Source of the DNA: Octopus bimaculoides
Taxonomy: Eukaryota
Assembly: GCF_001194135.2 (NCBI RefSeq)
Contig: NC_069000.1
Location: 21,724,292-21,788,291 of the forward strand
DNA: 64,000 bases
Reading direction: 5' to 3'
Shown: positions 23,689 to 37,874 of the stretch, piece after piece
Position numbering within the stretch: position 1 is the first letter of the stretch
Layout of the letters: every line of letters begins with the position of its first letter
Position numbers and translations under genes: made by a program
Notes under the pieces: generated by a model
Database searches by the model: none
Seen by the model: the letters and a program-made list of their open reading frames with translations, nothing else
What the model was told of the DNA's origin: nothing

Positions 23689-23755
23689 TTGTTGTTGTTG
23701 TTGCTATAGTTACCACCACCACCACCACTGCAGCTGCAACTACTAATTGCTTTGT
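23590..23755. repeat. In-phase trinucleotide mosaic (GCT/ACT/GTT/ACC)
   Basis: Direct reading. Confidence 0.9.
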
Positions 23756-24089
23756 TTTTACCAGTCTCACTAATTTCTTTGCTGACCTTAGTCTACTAAA
23801 ATCACTGTTGATGGACTGTCATTGTAATTATCATCTTTGAAAGAGGCTACTACTGCTTGTGCTCCTCCCCCTCCTCCTCAAGCAACTAAAGAATCTTCCT
23901 CCTTATCAATGCTACCACACCAAACCAGCATCAGTAGTTATGCTGTGAAAAAATATGGTGGACTGGTGGTGGTTAGATGAAACCCTTAAGGTCATCAAAT
24001 AGTCACTTTAGTATCATTTGACCAAAAAAAAAAAAAAAAAATGTACACCACTATGATCACCTACCATTAGTTATATGCTAACTAACGAG

Positions 24090-24850
24090 GAAGTTTCTCT
24101 GCAGACATTTGATTTGCTAGGAATAGCAAGAACTCCTTCAAATCACACCTTATCATCTTATGAAAGGAAAGACAGTGCGGTAGTCTTTGGTGTCTTCCAT
24201 AAAGTTGCTAAATTTGAGTCTCGCATACTTGAGACTGTAGTTCTGGATGTTACTGCAAGTTCTTTAGCCTTGTTTACCCATATTAAGATCATTCTCTTCT
24301 ATCATTTTGAGAACTTTGTTCATATATCTTCATTGGTATAATCTCTTTCAGACTCCAATTTTATCTTCATTTATTGGTTGGATTGGAAGGTAACATTGGA
24401 TTACAAGAACTTGTACTTTATTTTGCCATCATTACTGACAAGTTATAACCAACTAGGTTGATCTGTTGCATTGTCCAAAATTAGTATTACTTTTACCTCA
24501 TTAGCAGAAACTTTGAGGACATCTTCCCGGTATTTAAGCATCACAGGAATGAAATATGAGAAAAAAAAAAAATCCAGTTGCTCAAGATGTACATGATGGA
24601 CCATAATTTGTTTGGAAAGGTAATAATGCATAAGCAGCTGGCCTTTGAAATTCACAGATGTGCCGACTTCATTGTTATCACTAACTCAAAGAGCACCATC
24701 TTTGTTTGCACTACACAAAACTGTAAACATACTTAAATACTTAAAAGCTCAGGTATTCTTGGGTAGTGGCCACTGGTATGGTCCAGTATCATCGTCAGGG
24801 AAGTTAGGAGCCTTTCCTGCATTTAAGTCATTTAACCTCTTCAAGAATGG
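24090..24850 (-). pseudogene. pogo/Tigger (TIGD/Jerky-like DDE_1) transposase relic
   Basis: FPDDDTGPYQWPLPKNT (~YNADETGLYWKALP), VLCSANKDG, FIPVMLKY..ANEVKVILILDNA, LVSNDGKIKYKFL; stops and frameshifts. Confidence 0.8.
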
Positions 24851-24889
24851 TTTAAATTTCTTTGGATGATGTGCTCCATGCTTCATTGT

Positions 24890-25200
24890 GGGTATTTTTA
24901 TTACCTATTCTATGGCTCTAGACGGAACATACACAAGACTTCTGAGAGCAGCATTTAACATTAAATGGCAGTTCAGATACAACAAACCGGTTATTTATGA
25001 TGATCTTCCAAGAGTTACCTCTGCTATAATGGAAAGAAAACTGAGATTCTGTGGACACTGCTTTTGTAGCAAGGATGAAGTAGTGAGCTAAATGCTGATG
25101 TGAGAACCAACACACTGAAAGCAACCTGAGGGGGTCATCCTGCTAGGACATTTATTGACAAACTGGTTAAAAATTCCAGTCTATTGAAGAGCTGCCTACC
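24890..25200 (+). mobile_element. RTE-like LINE C-terminal fragment
   Basis: LDGTYTRLLRAAFNIKWQ..YDDLPRVTSAIMERKLRFCGHCF.SKDEVVS..WEPTH. Confidence 0.85.
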
Positions 25201-25755
25201 AAGAGCAGTGCAGGTTAAATAATTCTGGAGACTAGCGGTTGATAATATTCATGTGTAAATGAAACAGTATTGTTATTTATTAATAAGGCTGTGAGCTGGC
25301 AGAACTGTTAGCATGCTGGATGAAATGCTTAGCGTTATTATGCCTGTTGCTCTGATCTGAGTTCAAATTCCGCCGAGGTCGATTTTGCCTTTCATCCTTT
25401 CGGGGTCAATAAAATTAGTACCAATTGAAGACAGATCGATGTAATCAACTCATCCCCTCCCCAAAAATTGCTGCCTTTGTGGCAAAATTTGAAACCATCA
25501 TTATTATTTATTATTATTAAAGACGTCACACAGTATCCAATATCATGATGTTGATTGAAGATATTATGTCTACTGGGGGTTTGTACTGTCTGTCAAGCCA
25601 CAACAAGGACCTCAAACTGACATTACTTTAACGCAATATGCATGCATTTCCAAGTAATGCTGATTTTTGCAATACACTTAGATTGTAGGGTATTTCTAAA
25701 GTTCCCAGATGTTTCTTCAGGTTGGGTGGTATTGAACCTAATGCTCCAATGACAT

Positions 25756-25793
<38 letters not shown>

Positions 25794-27834
25794 TATTATT
25801 ATTATTTTTATTATTATTATTATTATTAGTAGTAGTAGTATATTCCATGGCAATTTCTAAATCACTACAATCCCCTCCTAGTTTCAGCATTCTTGATAGC
25901 CATATACTTAGCTTGGCAGCAGTGCAGTACTTGGAATTTTTGCATCTTGGAATGGTGTTACTACAATATCATTGGTGAATAAGAATCATTTTGTCATAAC
26001 CTTCTCAGGATTATCTTTTGCAATTCTTATATGTTTCCTTGCCCCAGCAGCTAATGATTTAGAATTTACATCAGTATCCTATTTCAAAGAAAATTTAATG
26101 GGCTTGTCTTTAGCCTTGTGTCTGCCCCAAACTTCACTTTTTATCATCATACTTCTCACAAACTCTTTACTCTGAAGCACTGGCTTCTGTCTTACTTTTA
26201 TAAGACGTAGTTTCTAGTTGGCAAATAGTCACATGTTTCGTGTTTAGATTATTCCTCTCACTTGAGTACCTGATCTAAAATACAAGGCTGAAAGATGCAT
26301 TTTCACTGAAATATGAAAAAATATTGAGAAACATAAATTATGTTGCATATGGTGGTTATTATTACAATGTGCACTGTGTTACTACACTGAATCTACTAGT
26401 CTTGCATAGTAATATTATTCAATAATAAACATTAACTTGAAGCTGTTTTGACCTAACTTAATTTTTGTTTCTTAGCATGTATTAAATTTCAAAGCAAATT
26501 GTGGCCAGATTGTATCACATTACCCCAAAACATATATTATTATTAAAAATGGTCAGTTTCATGTAATGAATTTTCAACAAACTTTTATATAAAATGTAGT
26601 GTTTATTGAAAGGGAGTGTGAGAGCTAATAAGAAAAATCTAAGTCTTATACAAGTAACATATTGAATATAAAGAAAGAGAATCTAGGAGAGGAAAGCAAT
26701 ACCTGAATTCAAAATATAAATTAACTCTGCTACTAGTGATGACAGCAGGTGCAATGATGATGATAATATTGAAATATCTCCAAAAACTTATAAGGAAACT
26801 AAGTTGTGTTGTTTTGGTGGTTATTTATCATGATGTGCACTATGTTACCATTCTGAACCTACACATCTTGCACAAGTATTGCTTAAAAATAAATGTGCAA
26901 TCTCCAACAGAGGATGATAATGATACCAACAGTTATGGTGTGATACTGTAAACAGTTATGGTGATGATATCAATAATGATTATGATAATGATGATAATTT
27001 GCTGTGAACTGCAATTGTGATGGTGATAATGATACATCATCAACAGTTATGGTGATTGTGACAATGATATCAGTTACGGTGGAGGTGGTGATAATGATAT
27101 CAGTAGTTATTATATCATATATTAGTAGTTGTAATAAGGTCATACTTTCAATTCCACATGTCTCAAATCACCAAGCAATCAGGAAGGGGCTACCAAATCA
27201 TATTAATGCTGAGATAAACTGGTGTCATATCAAGTGGCAGATTTGTAAGCATTGGCCCATGACATTTAGTTGTTGTTCCAGAGGCATTCACATTTACCTA
27301 TAGACATCCAGACACACCATCTTCTTCAGAACAATACTATAGAAAAAAAAAAAAAAAAAAAAAAAAAGAAGAAATATTCTTCATCCCCCATCTAATCAAA
27401 CAACAGATTGCATTGTTGAGCCAATGAATCAGCATGTATGCTAGAAATAGCAGTCAAATCCCCTTCAGCTCACATCTTATCAGCTTTTAAAAAAAGGACA
27501 TTAGATAATATAGTCTAAAAAGATGGATTGGTCATGATTGGAACCCCTTTGATTATAGTTCTTCTCAGTGATGATCAGGAGCTTGACAAGAACAGCAACA
27601 AACAAACCTGGCAAGAGAAAGTTGTGATTTGATCCCAGCAGCCTTGCTGCATACTTTATTGGTCAACTACTGCATACAGAAACAACATGACTAACTTAGG
27701 CTACAAACTCAAAAGTTCAGCTGTGTATTCCAGCAATACTCTTAATTCTACATGCGTAACTGCCAAAAGGTATCCAGCAGATGATCAGAGGATGCTGTTT
27801 GAGACACACTGGTCTCTTATCAGTTAAAGATTTC

Positions 27835-28150
27835 ACAGGTGTAGCTGTGTGGTAAGCAGCTTGCTCCCCAACCACATGGTTTTGGTTTCAGTCTCACTGG
27901 GTGGCATCTTGAGTGTCTTCTGTTATAACCACAGGCTGATGAAAGTAGTGTGAGTGGATTTAGTAGAATGAAACTGAAAGAAGCATGTGGTGTGTGTGTG
28001 TGTGTGTGTGTGTGTGTTGCTGTCCTCTTGCCTGGAAACAAGTGAGGGTTGGCAAGGGAAAGGGTAGCCAGCCTTAGAAAATCTACCTCAGTAAACTCTG
28101 CCTGACCCATGTAAGCATGGAAAAGTGGGTGTTAAACCAGTGATGATGAT
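27835..28150 (+). mobile_element. SINE family A2 (head + shortened RTE-type tail)
   Basis: GTAGCTGTGTGGTAAG head, (TG)n, then GGAAACAAGTGAGGGTTGGCAAGGG..CATGGAAAAGTGG..(GAT)n. Confidence 0.7.
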
Positions 28151-28780
28151 CTCATCTGCTTAAAGCCATAAAACTGGAGCTAAGTACTGATCCTTGGGTA
28201 AAAACAAAACAAAGCAAGCAAATTGTTGCTGGGCCCCAGAGACATTTTAATCAATGTGAGGTGGGAAAATGTGCTATAGCTCTAGTTTTGGCTGAAACAT
28301 GTTAGATGTGATATTGTTAGAATTAAAGTTTGCTTCCAAATCAGATTGGTTGGTTGTCTTAAAATTGTAGGTCTCTTCTGATTAGCAACTAGTTGGAATC
28401 TTTAGCGTAACAGATAGTATGCCTTGTTGTGTTTGTTCTGATTCTTTACATTGTAGCCTATTTGGGTTGGTAGGCTTAATCTGTTGCCTGGTTTAACATC
28501 ACCACTTGGTCCTTGAGGGACTTCAGCAGAGCCCACTCTGCTGCAGGCATTTGGCCTCGGTCCTTCTTTCTTTACCAACAGTGTCATGGGCCATGAAAAG
28601 GAGCATTGATATGGTCATTCAATCTGACAAAGCACCTAACATCTGAGAAGAAGAAAATATTAATGTCAAGTTTAAAGCCGTCATCTACTGTAGAAATGCT
28701 GTTGATAAAGATGCTTTAACATAGTCACATGAGTCCACCCAATATGGCACCCAAAATCTTCTGTCTACAATAAAGTTTGT

Positions 28781-29062
28781 GGAGGCGCAATGGCCCAGTG
28801 GTTAGGGCAATGGACTTGCTGTCGGAGGATCATGGTTTTGATTCCCAGACCAGGCATTGTGTGTGTTTATTGAGCGAAAACACCTAAAAGCTCCATGAGG
28901 CTCTGACAGGGGGTGGTGGTGACCCCTGTTGTACTCTTTCGTCACAACTTTCTCTCACTCTTTCTTCCTGTTTCTTGAGTAATGCTGCGATGGACTGGCG
29001 TCCCGTCCAGCTGGGGGGAGCACATACACCATAGAAACCGAGAATAAAAACAAAAAAAAAAG
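28781..29062 (+). mobile_element. Distinct tRNA-derived SINE with V-domain-like motif, A-rich tail and 13-bp TSD
   Basis: A box TGGCCCAGTGG, B-box-like GGTTTTGATTCC; GCGATGGACTGGCGTCCCGTCCAG (28987-29010); TSD CAATAAAGTTTGT at 28768-28780 and 29063-29075. Confidence 0.85.
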
Positions 29063-30849
29063 CAATAAAGTTTGTCCAATCTTAAAATATCTTAAGTCGT
29101 TTTTAAAAAAAAATAAACACTACCCCACCCCACTAAATCAAGCACAGCTTCCTCAGTGATATACATTGAATAACTTGAGTTAGAATTCTAATCCTAACAC
29201 AGTGAATGTGACTTAAACTGACACTGCACACATATTTGCATGTGGTGCATATTTGTAGGCTGAAGCTGCTAAGTGTTTTGATCAGCAGTCTCTGTGACAT
29301 CGGTTTTTGTTCAGTTAAAGCTGATTAGGACCTCTCAGCAGAAGTTAACAACAACAATAGTTTTTAGACCAACACTGCAGACTAGCTAACTGGTGTCTTA
29401 ATTTAACACAGCATTGATGCTGCACTAATTGTTACCTATGGTATTAACTTGCTGAGTTGCTGCACTTACTGATTAGCAACACTGGTGTGCATTTGTAAAT
29501 GGTTGAAGTCTTTAAGATGCTATTTGTTTATGCTTTTGTTGATGATTGTGATTATGGTGGTGCTGATTATGATGTAGGTGGAAATGCTGACGGTGGTGGT
29601 GGTGGTGGTGGTGGTGGTTATGTTATTATTGCTGTTAAGCTTTTTTTGTTGTGATTGCATACATAGATGCACATGTGCAAGCATAAGCATTCATGCAGAT
29701 ACACATTCACATACTTCATGCATACAATCACATTTATACACAACTGTGCACATGCACATGTTTTACATATACAGTTATACACTTTTAGATGCAGACATGT
29801 TCTTACACTTTATGCCCATGGTAGAGACTCCTATGTGGTGGCTCAACCTGTTAAAGTGGTTAATCTCCTTCAAATGATATCCTATCGTCTTTAAAGGTAA
29901 GACATAGGATGATATCACCTTAGATACAATGCAACAAAATAACGAAAAAAAGGAAAAGGCGAAAAACCACAGAATGGGCACAGAATGCTTTTCATTGTAG
30001 ACCTCCTCAATTCGGGTTGACCATTCACATGGAAATACTATACATGAAAAAAAAAAACAAAAACAAAAAAACCTGTTGTAGCTGTACATGAAAAAAGAAA
30101 GAAAGATGCAGACATATACATATACCCACATAGTTTTCTGCAACTAATGTTGCATATACACATTATCATTTGTAGTGCCTAACCATTCTGATCTGAAAAT
30201 GGTTGATGTTTGGCTGTCATTTAAAGTGTGAGTCAATTCATATCATAAGTCATTAGAGAGCTCTAATGTTCTTTTTAATGACTCTGTTGAGGATAATAGT
30301 GGTGGTGGTGGTGTGTGTACACACACACACACACACACATTTGTGTAACTGTTACTGTATATCTTGCATTACATTCATATATTAAGATGCTGCAATTAAA
30401 TGGTATTAGTGCCAATAGAAATGTCTTAGCTCTACATTGCCCCACTTCATCTGGTTGTCTAGAGATGTATAGGTATCAGATCATCTGCCAGTGTTGCTTG
30501 ACAAAAGCATGGATGTCATTCTATTTCATTAGGTTACAAGTGATAAGAGCTGTAGAACAAGAAGGATGCTCCAGAGAAGGGCCAAGCCTAATGAATCAGC
30601 TTCACTTCACAGATATGTGGAGACAGCTTCTGATAACTTTATTATCTTTTAATGGTATGGCTGTTCCAGCATATTTCCTTTGCCATCCTCCAGGGCAATG
30701 CCTTTTCCATTTTGTCTGCTGGGAAATGTGATGGTCTGAATTATAGGCGGGTTGGTATCAAAAGGGTTAAACTCATACATGACAAGTTAGGAACCACACC
30801 AGAGTTTAAGCCTTTTAATATGTGCATGCATGTCTTCCTCCGTTTATAG

Positions 30850-30963
30850 ACATCTGAGCTTCGGCATCCTGTAGGGAAGCATGCAAGCATTTTAGTGGAA
30901 GACCCAATGTGTCAACACCTGTTCTTAACACTGCTATCTTGTTCTTGTACACCTTTAGCAGAG
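30850..30963 (+). CDS. Weak candidate 114-nt exon (TSELRHPVGKHASILVEDPMCQHLFLTLLSCSCTPLAE)
   Basis: TCTTCCTCCGTTTATAG acceptor, GAG|GTAACT donor, phase-0 frame open; no recognisable domain. Confidence 0.18.
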
Positions 30964-33900
30964 GTAACTCTGTTGCAAGCGTTAGAACAGTTCCAGTTCC
31001 TTTGTCTGTATTTCTCCTTCCAGACTGGAAGTGCCTGCAGATGTGATGGCTAACACCTTTTCATGCAGACTTATTCGTATAAGCATGGACAACCAATCAA
31101 CACCTAATTTATAAAAATAGGAAAAAAAGAAACAAAAATAGCACTAACATTCTATGAAGGATGAGATTTGTCTCTGTAGGGACAAGTCTCTGTTAGGAAT
31201 TTGCTGAAACAGCTATGTCTGCTACTCAGAGTTGGTACAGCAAACAACATAGAAGTCCTATGGTGATTCACCATAACTTGATTGTTCTATTATTGCATTT
31301 GGATTGATTTAAGGGTAGTTTCCCTCTTGCTGTTTCTCTATTAATTTTTTTTTAGGGTCAGTACAACAAATTAAAACCCTTGAAGCAGTGTCTCCTATGG
31401 ACATAGGCCAATAATGAAAAAATAAAGGAATATATAAAAGTTTTTATATACTCTTGAAGTTTATAAAGACTCTGATGCTTAGTTCTGGTTTCACTGTATC
31501 AAGTGAAAGACAGATAAATCTCTTTTTTGATAGGATACCAATAACATAACCTGATGATCTGACACCTATTCCCAATGAAGATCATGTAGAATAAAGAAGT
31601 ATTCTGCTCTGAAACAATGGACCAGGTCTGCCTGAAACACCTACAAGGATATTTGAACAAACCATTCAGGCATGTCCTCTCTTCACTAAACCAACAAGGA
31701 GGTCTATATGTCTTCTCAACCTCCTAAAAATAGCAGCCAAATCTCCCTGAAATTGCACCTCCCTATCTTAAAGAAGGAAGGGTCATATAAGATATTGTAA
31801 TCCTGCAAGCTCTTAAGACAGGGTGGTTGGTTCCAGGTGGAATACCTTTAATTATAGTTCTGCTTGATCATGGTTGATCTGGGATTAAACACCATCAAAT
31901 TTCATGGCACACACCTAAACCATTTCAGTCATTACTCATTGATGCATCATCATCTGTATCTCATACAGTTATGTAATATTCCTATTACATAACCAACATG
32001 GCTACAGGTAAGGCTGTGTGACTTAGAAGTACACTTTGTAACTATGTGGTTCCAGATTTGATCCCACTGCTCCACACTTAGGGCAGTTGCCTTCTCCATT
32101 AGCTTTGGATTGATCAATGCTTCGTGAGGGGAACTTTGGAGATGGAAACTGTACAGAAGCCCATTGCATGTATGTATGCAGATATGTGTATATGTGTGTG
32201 TGTGTTAACATATATGTGTTTATTGATGAAATATATAAAATATATATACATACGAAGGAGAAAATAGGGTAATGGGCATCAATACATTTCACCTATCTGA
32301 CTTGCCTATATATATATCTTAAGGGAATCTATAACCATGAAAAATTGTCATTGCTGCTACTACTATCACCACCACCGATACTATTATTATTCATACTAAT
32401 ACTGACATTACTACTACTACTACTACTACTACTACTACCACTACTACCACTACCACTGTTGTTGTTGTTCAAAATAAAACAAAAGTTAAAATTTATTATA
32501 TTATATATTATATTATATTACTTGAGTTAAAATTTTGTAAAATACTAAGAACATTCCAGACTAAAATCGACATGTTTTATTGAATTTATGGGGAAATATT
32601 ATTTAGTGAAGATGGGGTGTGGATGGGCAATGAATTGATGTAGAATGAGGAAAGATGAGAGAGAGAGAGAGAGAGAAGCTTAGACTGAATGAAATCTCTT
32701 AGCAATTATTGCGGCGGCTGAGATATTTTTCTGTCTGTGGAAGATGTCAGTGGAATCTTTTGTGCTAGGGTTAATTTTTATTTGTGTTGCACTGTGGTAA
32801 CTTTAATGGGTTGTGGTCTGGTAAGTAAGAAAATGTTCTGCATGTAATAGTATCGAACATTTGTAGACAATCGATACTAGAGAACAACTTTGCCAAAATT
32901 GGTGATGGGGGTGGGGGGGAATAAACATTATATGTATATTGAAAAGAAAAAGAGGAGAAAATTCCACTAAAAACGTCTACTTATTTATTTATTGTTTTTC
33001 TATTTCACCCTAAACTATGAATGTGTTGAGGGTTGGAGATTCAAGGTAGAGTAGGAGTTATAAAGGTAAGGGAGATGGGGAGAGGCAACAAATCAATATT
33101 TCTGTCATTGTGAAATTAAATAAGATGAACATTAATTAACCTTCTTCGTTAAAGATTGCAGAAGAAACGAGAGTTTGCAGCTGGCTGAATCGATAGGGTG
33201 TTGTCGCTGCTATTGTCGGACTACAGCTTAAATGGGGGTATAGGGGTGTGGGCTGTAGGGTTCTGTGACTTATGTTCCTTTCATCTGAGTCGCACCACTA
33301 CTGTGAGTTCCTCTGTATTGGGCTGTGAAACTTAGCAGCTCTAGTTTAGCCCAGTCCACTTGACTGTATGGCTGTAAATTAGGTTGTTGTTATTGATGTT
33401 TAGCTTTACCTAAATTCTGATCAGTCAGGCAGCTAATCAAAGATGTTCTGGCCCTGTTCTAGCATTTCTAGCATCTCTGCATAGAGATTTCCTCATTGGT
33501 TTCTCTGAAATAAGTACTGTGTCATGATATGGAAGTAAAGGCTTCACTATTTCAAGTTAAAGATTCTCATTTACAAGGGGATGTATAATGGTTGGACTGA
33601 TTTCAAATCTTTCATGTGGTCAAAGCCCATGGTGGACTGGTGTGCTCTCTAGGAAAGGTATGTTTCTAGAATGCACAGTGCCTTGAAAGATATACTCCTC
33701 TATCCTGTGATGCCTGGTGATGGCAGTGGATAAATAAAAAGTGGAAGTGAGGAAGGAAAATGATCATTCAGATGGTAGAAGCACTATTCATAGCATAATT
33801 GTTGATTTAGTGGCTTAAGCTGGGATTGGCATCTGGAATATAAAATCTATCACAGGTTCAAATTTAGCTGCAAGCATTGTGTTGCACATACTATTAGTCT

Positions 33901-36026
33901 GTACCCTCTGCTTTTACAACAAAGGGAATTTTTGAGATGGCCTCTGGTGTAACTAGTCTGTAACAGTGCATTTTGAGATTAATGAAGAAACCTTTGAAGC
34001 TTCACAAGGAGATGTCTATATTATTTGACTCTGTTCAAAGCTGCAGTGAGATTTCTCTTGCCAAACTGATGGACATTTGTTTTTTTATAAAGTCTGATGT
34101 TTTAAGTTCTATAATTGTAAGGATGACCTATTTCATGAACCCTTTAGCATTTAATCTGCTCATATCTACCTGCTTTATGTTAAAACTAACCAGATCCAAC
34201 CTCTCACACTTACCCTACAATGTCATTCTAAAACTATACAAGCACACCATTGAAATCTTGAAGCTACAAGATGTGTGATTGATTCAAAATAATGAGAATA
34301 AGTAAGCAATACATTTGACAAAGGAATCTGAATGCATGTGTCTTCTCTCATCCACTCTTCTCTGTACTGTCTTAAATACATAGGCCCTACTCATCATATA
34401 AAGATAGTTTGACCTACGAAAGTAACCAGTCAAGATTTATTTAATATGAAGAGAGAAGTGGTTGGTAGGAGCTGTTCGATAAGTGGGTATCAATGTCATA
34501 ATTTAACTTTTTTTTTTAATAAATTTTTACTTCTTGTCATGCAACCATCATGAAATGGTGTTAAGGGTTTGACGACAAGGGAAACAACTGTGTAACACCA
34601 CATAGATAACCTTGATCATTACATTGGTTTCTGTTTGAGTTTTCTTTTGTTATTTTGACATAAAACTTTATATTTATTCCTAAATGTTTGTACATCTCTA
34701 CATACATTCTTCACTTACCTGATCACAAAAACAAAAAAATTTAATGACAGAGTATTTCTTTCAAGTCATATTGCAGATTATCTCCCTTAGACGTGCCTAG
34801 GGATCTTACACATTTTTGCACTGACTTTTAAAAATGTATACATTTTCATAAGTGGTTGATGGCAACTACTGAATCAGTCTCATCATGTAATTAGTACTGT
34901 ACTTATTTTATTGGTTTTGGATTTGAACTAAAAAAAAGTAGAGAGATGAAGACAAATATTGTCAGATATTTAATGTGGTATTATTGTTTCTGATTTTAAA
35001 GTGTAAAGTATCTCAAACTATGAATAGTGTCTGTGGTTTAATAGTGAGTTGTTTGAATAAATGAGGATCAAAAAAAAAAAAAAATGTGTGTGGCTAGAGT
35101 ATTGGATTTCTGTTGAGCAGCACACTGCATCTGTCATAGACCAGCCTTGGTATCTGAAGATATTACAGCCCACTTCATAATTTCAGGAAAGAACGGTCTT
35201 TAAAAAAATAAATATGCAACTAGTATTTATTCCCTTCATCATACAAGATCAGCATATATTGTATATCATGTTATATATTTCACTTCTCAAAAAAAGAAAC
35301 AACTAATGTGTAACTCTGTATATCTTCTCATAAACAATTTAAAGCCATTATAACTGTAATAATTTCTTGACTGTACAATTATCAAGAACATTTCTATACC
35401 AACTATAAGCTCTCTGCACAGCCAATATTGGCTCATAAAGACTTAGTTTCCCTTTTCACAGCTATAAAATACTTCTGCCCAGAATTGCTGTTAACTTTAA
35501 AATAAAATGTAAATTCATTCAACCTCAAAACAAAAAATTGAATACCTCTTAAACTAGAGATACACCGTGAACCTACCCACTTCATAAGGCTGTCATTATT
35601 TGCCAATAGTCTGCAACTCTTGGCTTGGCTCACTATCAAAATGTGTCTGCTCTCACATTATCTTAACTTTCTACATTTATTTAAGCAGTTCTGATCTGAC
35701 AGCTTACCTAAGAACAACAACAACATTAAATCTAATGTCGAACATTAGTAAAATAGCCTATCCAGCTACTGCTAAGTGACTGATGAATTATATTGTGGGA
35801 ATAAAATAATGTAGTTAAAATAGTGTAAACCACATTAGTTAAAGTATGAAAATGGAATAGCAAGTAGTCCATTGTGTAATTAGTAACATGATTAACAAGC
35901 AAGTTATAGTTATGCACTTCAAGCCCCATCAATGGACAAGTTAAAACATTTTTCCACTGCAGATTGGTGCCTACAATGTCTAATATCAAACATTTTTAAG
36001 GTGGCAAGCTGGCAGAATTATTAGCA

Positions 36027-36191
36027 GGCGCAGGAGTGGCTGTGTGGTAAGTAGCTTGCTTACCAACCATATGGTTCTGGGTTCAGTCCCACTGCGTGGC
36101 ACCTTGGGCAAGTGTCTTCTACTATAGCCTCGGGCCGACCAAAGCCTTGTGAGTGGATTTGGTAGATGGAAACTGAAAGAAGCCCGTCATA

Positions 36192-36254
<63 letters not shown>

Positions 36255-36466
36255 TTGTGTGTCTGTGTCTGTCCCCCCATCATTGCTTGACAACCGATGC
36301 TAGTGTGTCCCCCGTAACATTAGCGGTTCGGCAAAAAGAGACCGATAGAATAAGTGCTAGGCTTCCAAAGAATAAGTCCTGGGGTCGATTTGCTTGACTA
36401 AAGGCGGTGCTCCAGCATAGCCGCAGTCAAATGACTGAAACAAGTAAAAGAGAGAGAGAGAGAGTA
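36027..36466 (+). mobile_element. SINE family A1, full length and well preserved, nested in a family B SINE (35998-36635)
   Basis: A box TGGCTGTGTGG (36037-36047), B box GGTTCAGTCCC (36080-36090), CCTTGGGCAAG central motif, (TA)n, tail ending (GA)n; host split at TTAGCA|TGCC. Confidence 0.92.
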
Positions 36467-37053
36467 TGCCAGGAAAAACGCTTAGCAGCATTTCATCAAT
36501 CCTTATGTTTTGAGTTCAAATTCCACCTAAGTCATCTTCACTTTTCATCCTTTTGGAGTCAATAAAATAAGTACCAGTTGAATACTGAGGTTAATGTTAT
36601 CAACTTCCCCCCTCCCCCCACAAAATTTGAAACCAATTTCGTAAACATTCATGAATACTGGAAGTAAAAGCTGAAGGGATGCTTGCTGTGAGATAAAGTA
36701 TGGATTAATTTTTCAAACAGATTTGCTCTCCATCCACCCAACAAATGTTCTTTAGTGGAAACATTAGTTTCTATATCATACTATAACATATTATGAAACA
36801 ACAAAGGAACCTCTGTATGGTTATACATGTTGCTAGAAATAGAAGCTAAATCTCCTTCTAATCACGTCTTACTGTTTTACAAAAGGGTATGCAAAAATAC
36901 AGTTTGGTCACAGATAGAATACCTTTAAATACTAATTTGTTTGATTGTAACTGACAGGGAACGAAACAACAACAACACACAATAACTCTTCAGTTTCTCT
37001 TTCATACAATGTGCAGACAACTACTAACTAACTGTTTCTGGTGAATAGCCTCA

Positions 37054-37180
37054 CTAACCCTTTAGCATTCAGATTTCTTTGTCAAATATGTTACTTACAT
37101 TAATATTATAGGGTAGGTGTGAGAAGTTGGATCTGGTCAGTTTTATCATAAATGCTAAGGATTAAATGCTAAGGGGTTAA
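37054..37180. mobile_element. Short internally deleted piggyBac-type MITE
   Basis: CTAA-CCCTTTAGCATT ... AATGCTAAGGGG-TTAA. Confidence 0.8.
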
Positions 37181-37843
37181 CATAAAGCCTTTTCAACTTT
37201 AAATCAGAAATCTTACTGACTGGTTGGTTTGATGAATCATCAAGGCCCCATTTTTGATAATACTAATAATGACAATAATGATACCTTCGTTTGGTGCCAT
37301 AGCATACACTCCAAGAGAAATCACTAATTAAACACCAGTGTGTATAACTGTTACTCATTTTACCATCTCTGAAAGGATATGAGGTAAAGTTGACTCCTGC
37401 GAAAGGTCATAACTAAATAGTTGAAGAGGTTTAGTCCAACCTTCAACCATTTGTACTTCCAATTAGGAGGTGAGTGTGAGGAACATTTGATTAATTCAGT
37501 ATCAATTATATAATTAGTGCTTTCTTTTATTGACAATAGAAAAATGAAAGCAAAGTGAATTCAGGATATAGCGATGTCTCTAATCTGTACAGCGCTTTAT
37601 TAACTTTGGTAATCAACAATACGAATAATGGGTTCAAATTTTGGGGTAGGGTTAAGTCGATTCATTGACCCCAGTGCTCAACTGGTTCTTATTTCTTCAA
37701 TTCCAAAAGATAAAAGGCTAAATCAACCTTGGCAAAATTTGAACCTAGAATGTAAAGATGGAATAAATATCTCTCAGCATTTTGTCCACCTTGCTAATGA
37801 TTCCACTGGCTCATCACCTCAATAATAATAATGATAATAATAA

Positions 37844-37874
<31 letters not shown>

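Noticed and set aside
28400-28680. GC-richer island with a minus-strand acceptor (TTTTCTTCTTCTCAG) and a 61-aa ORF
   Set aside because: All three frames stop soon after the acceptor; no recognisable motif
29234-29241. ATTTGCAT octamer motif
   Set aside because: Occurs several times in this AT-rich window without clustering
36027-36100. tRNA-like A/B boxes as tRNA genes
   Set aside because: No cloverleaf; the head continues into a multi-copy SINE body
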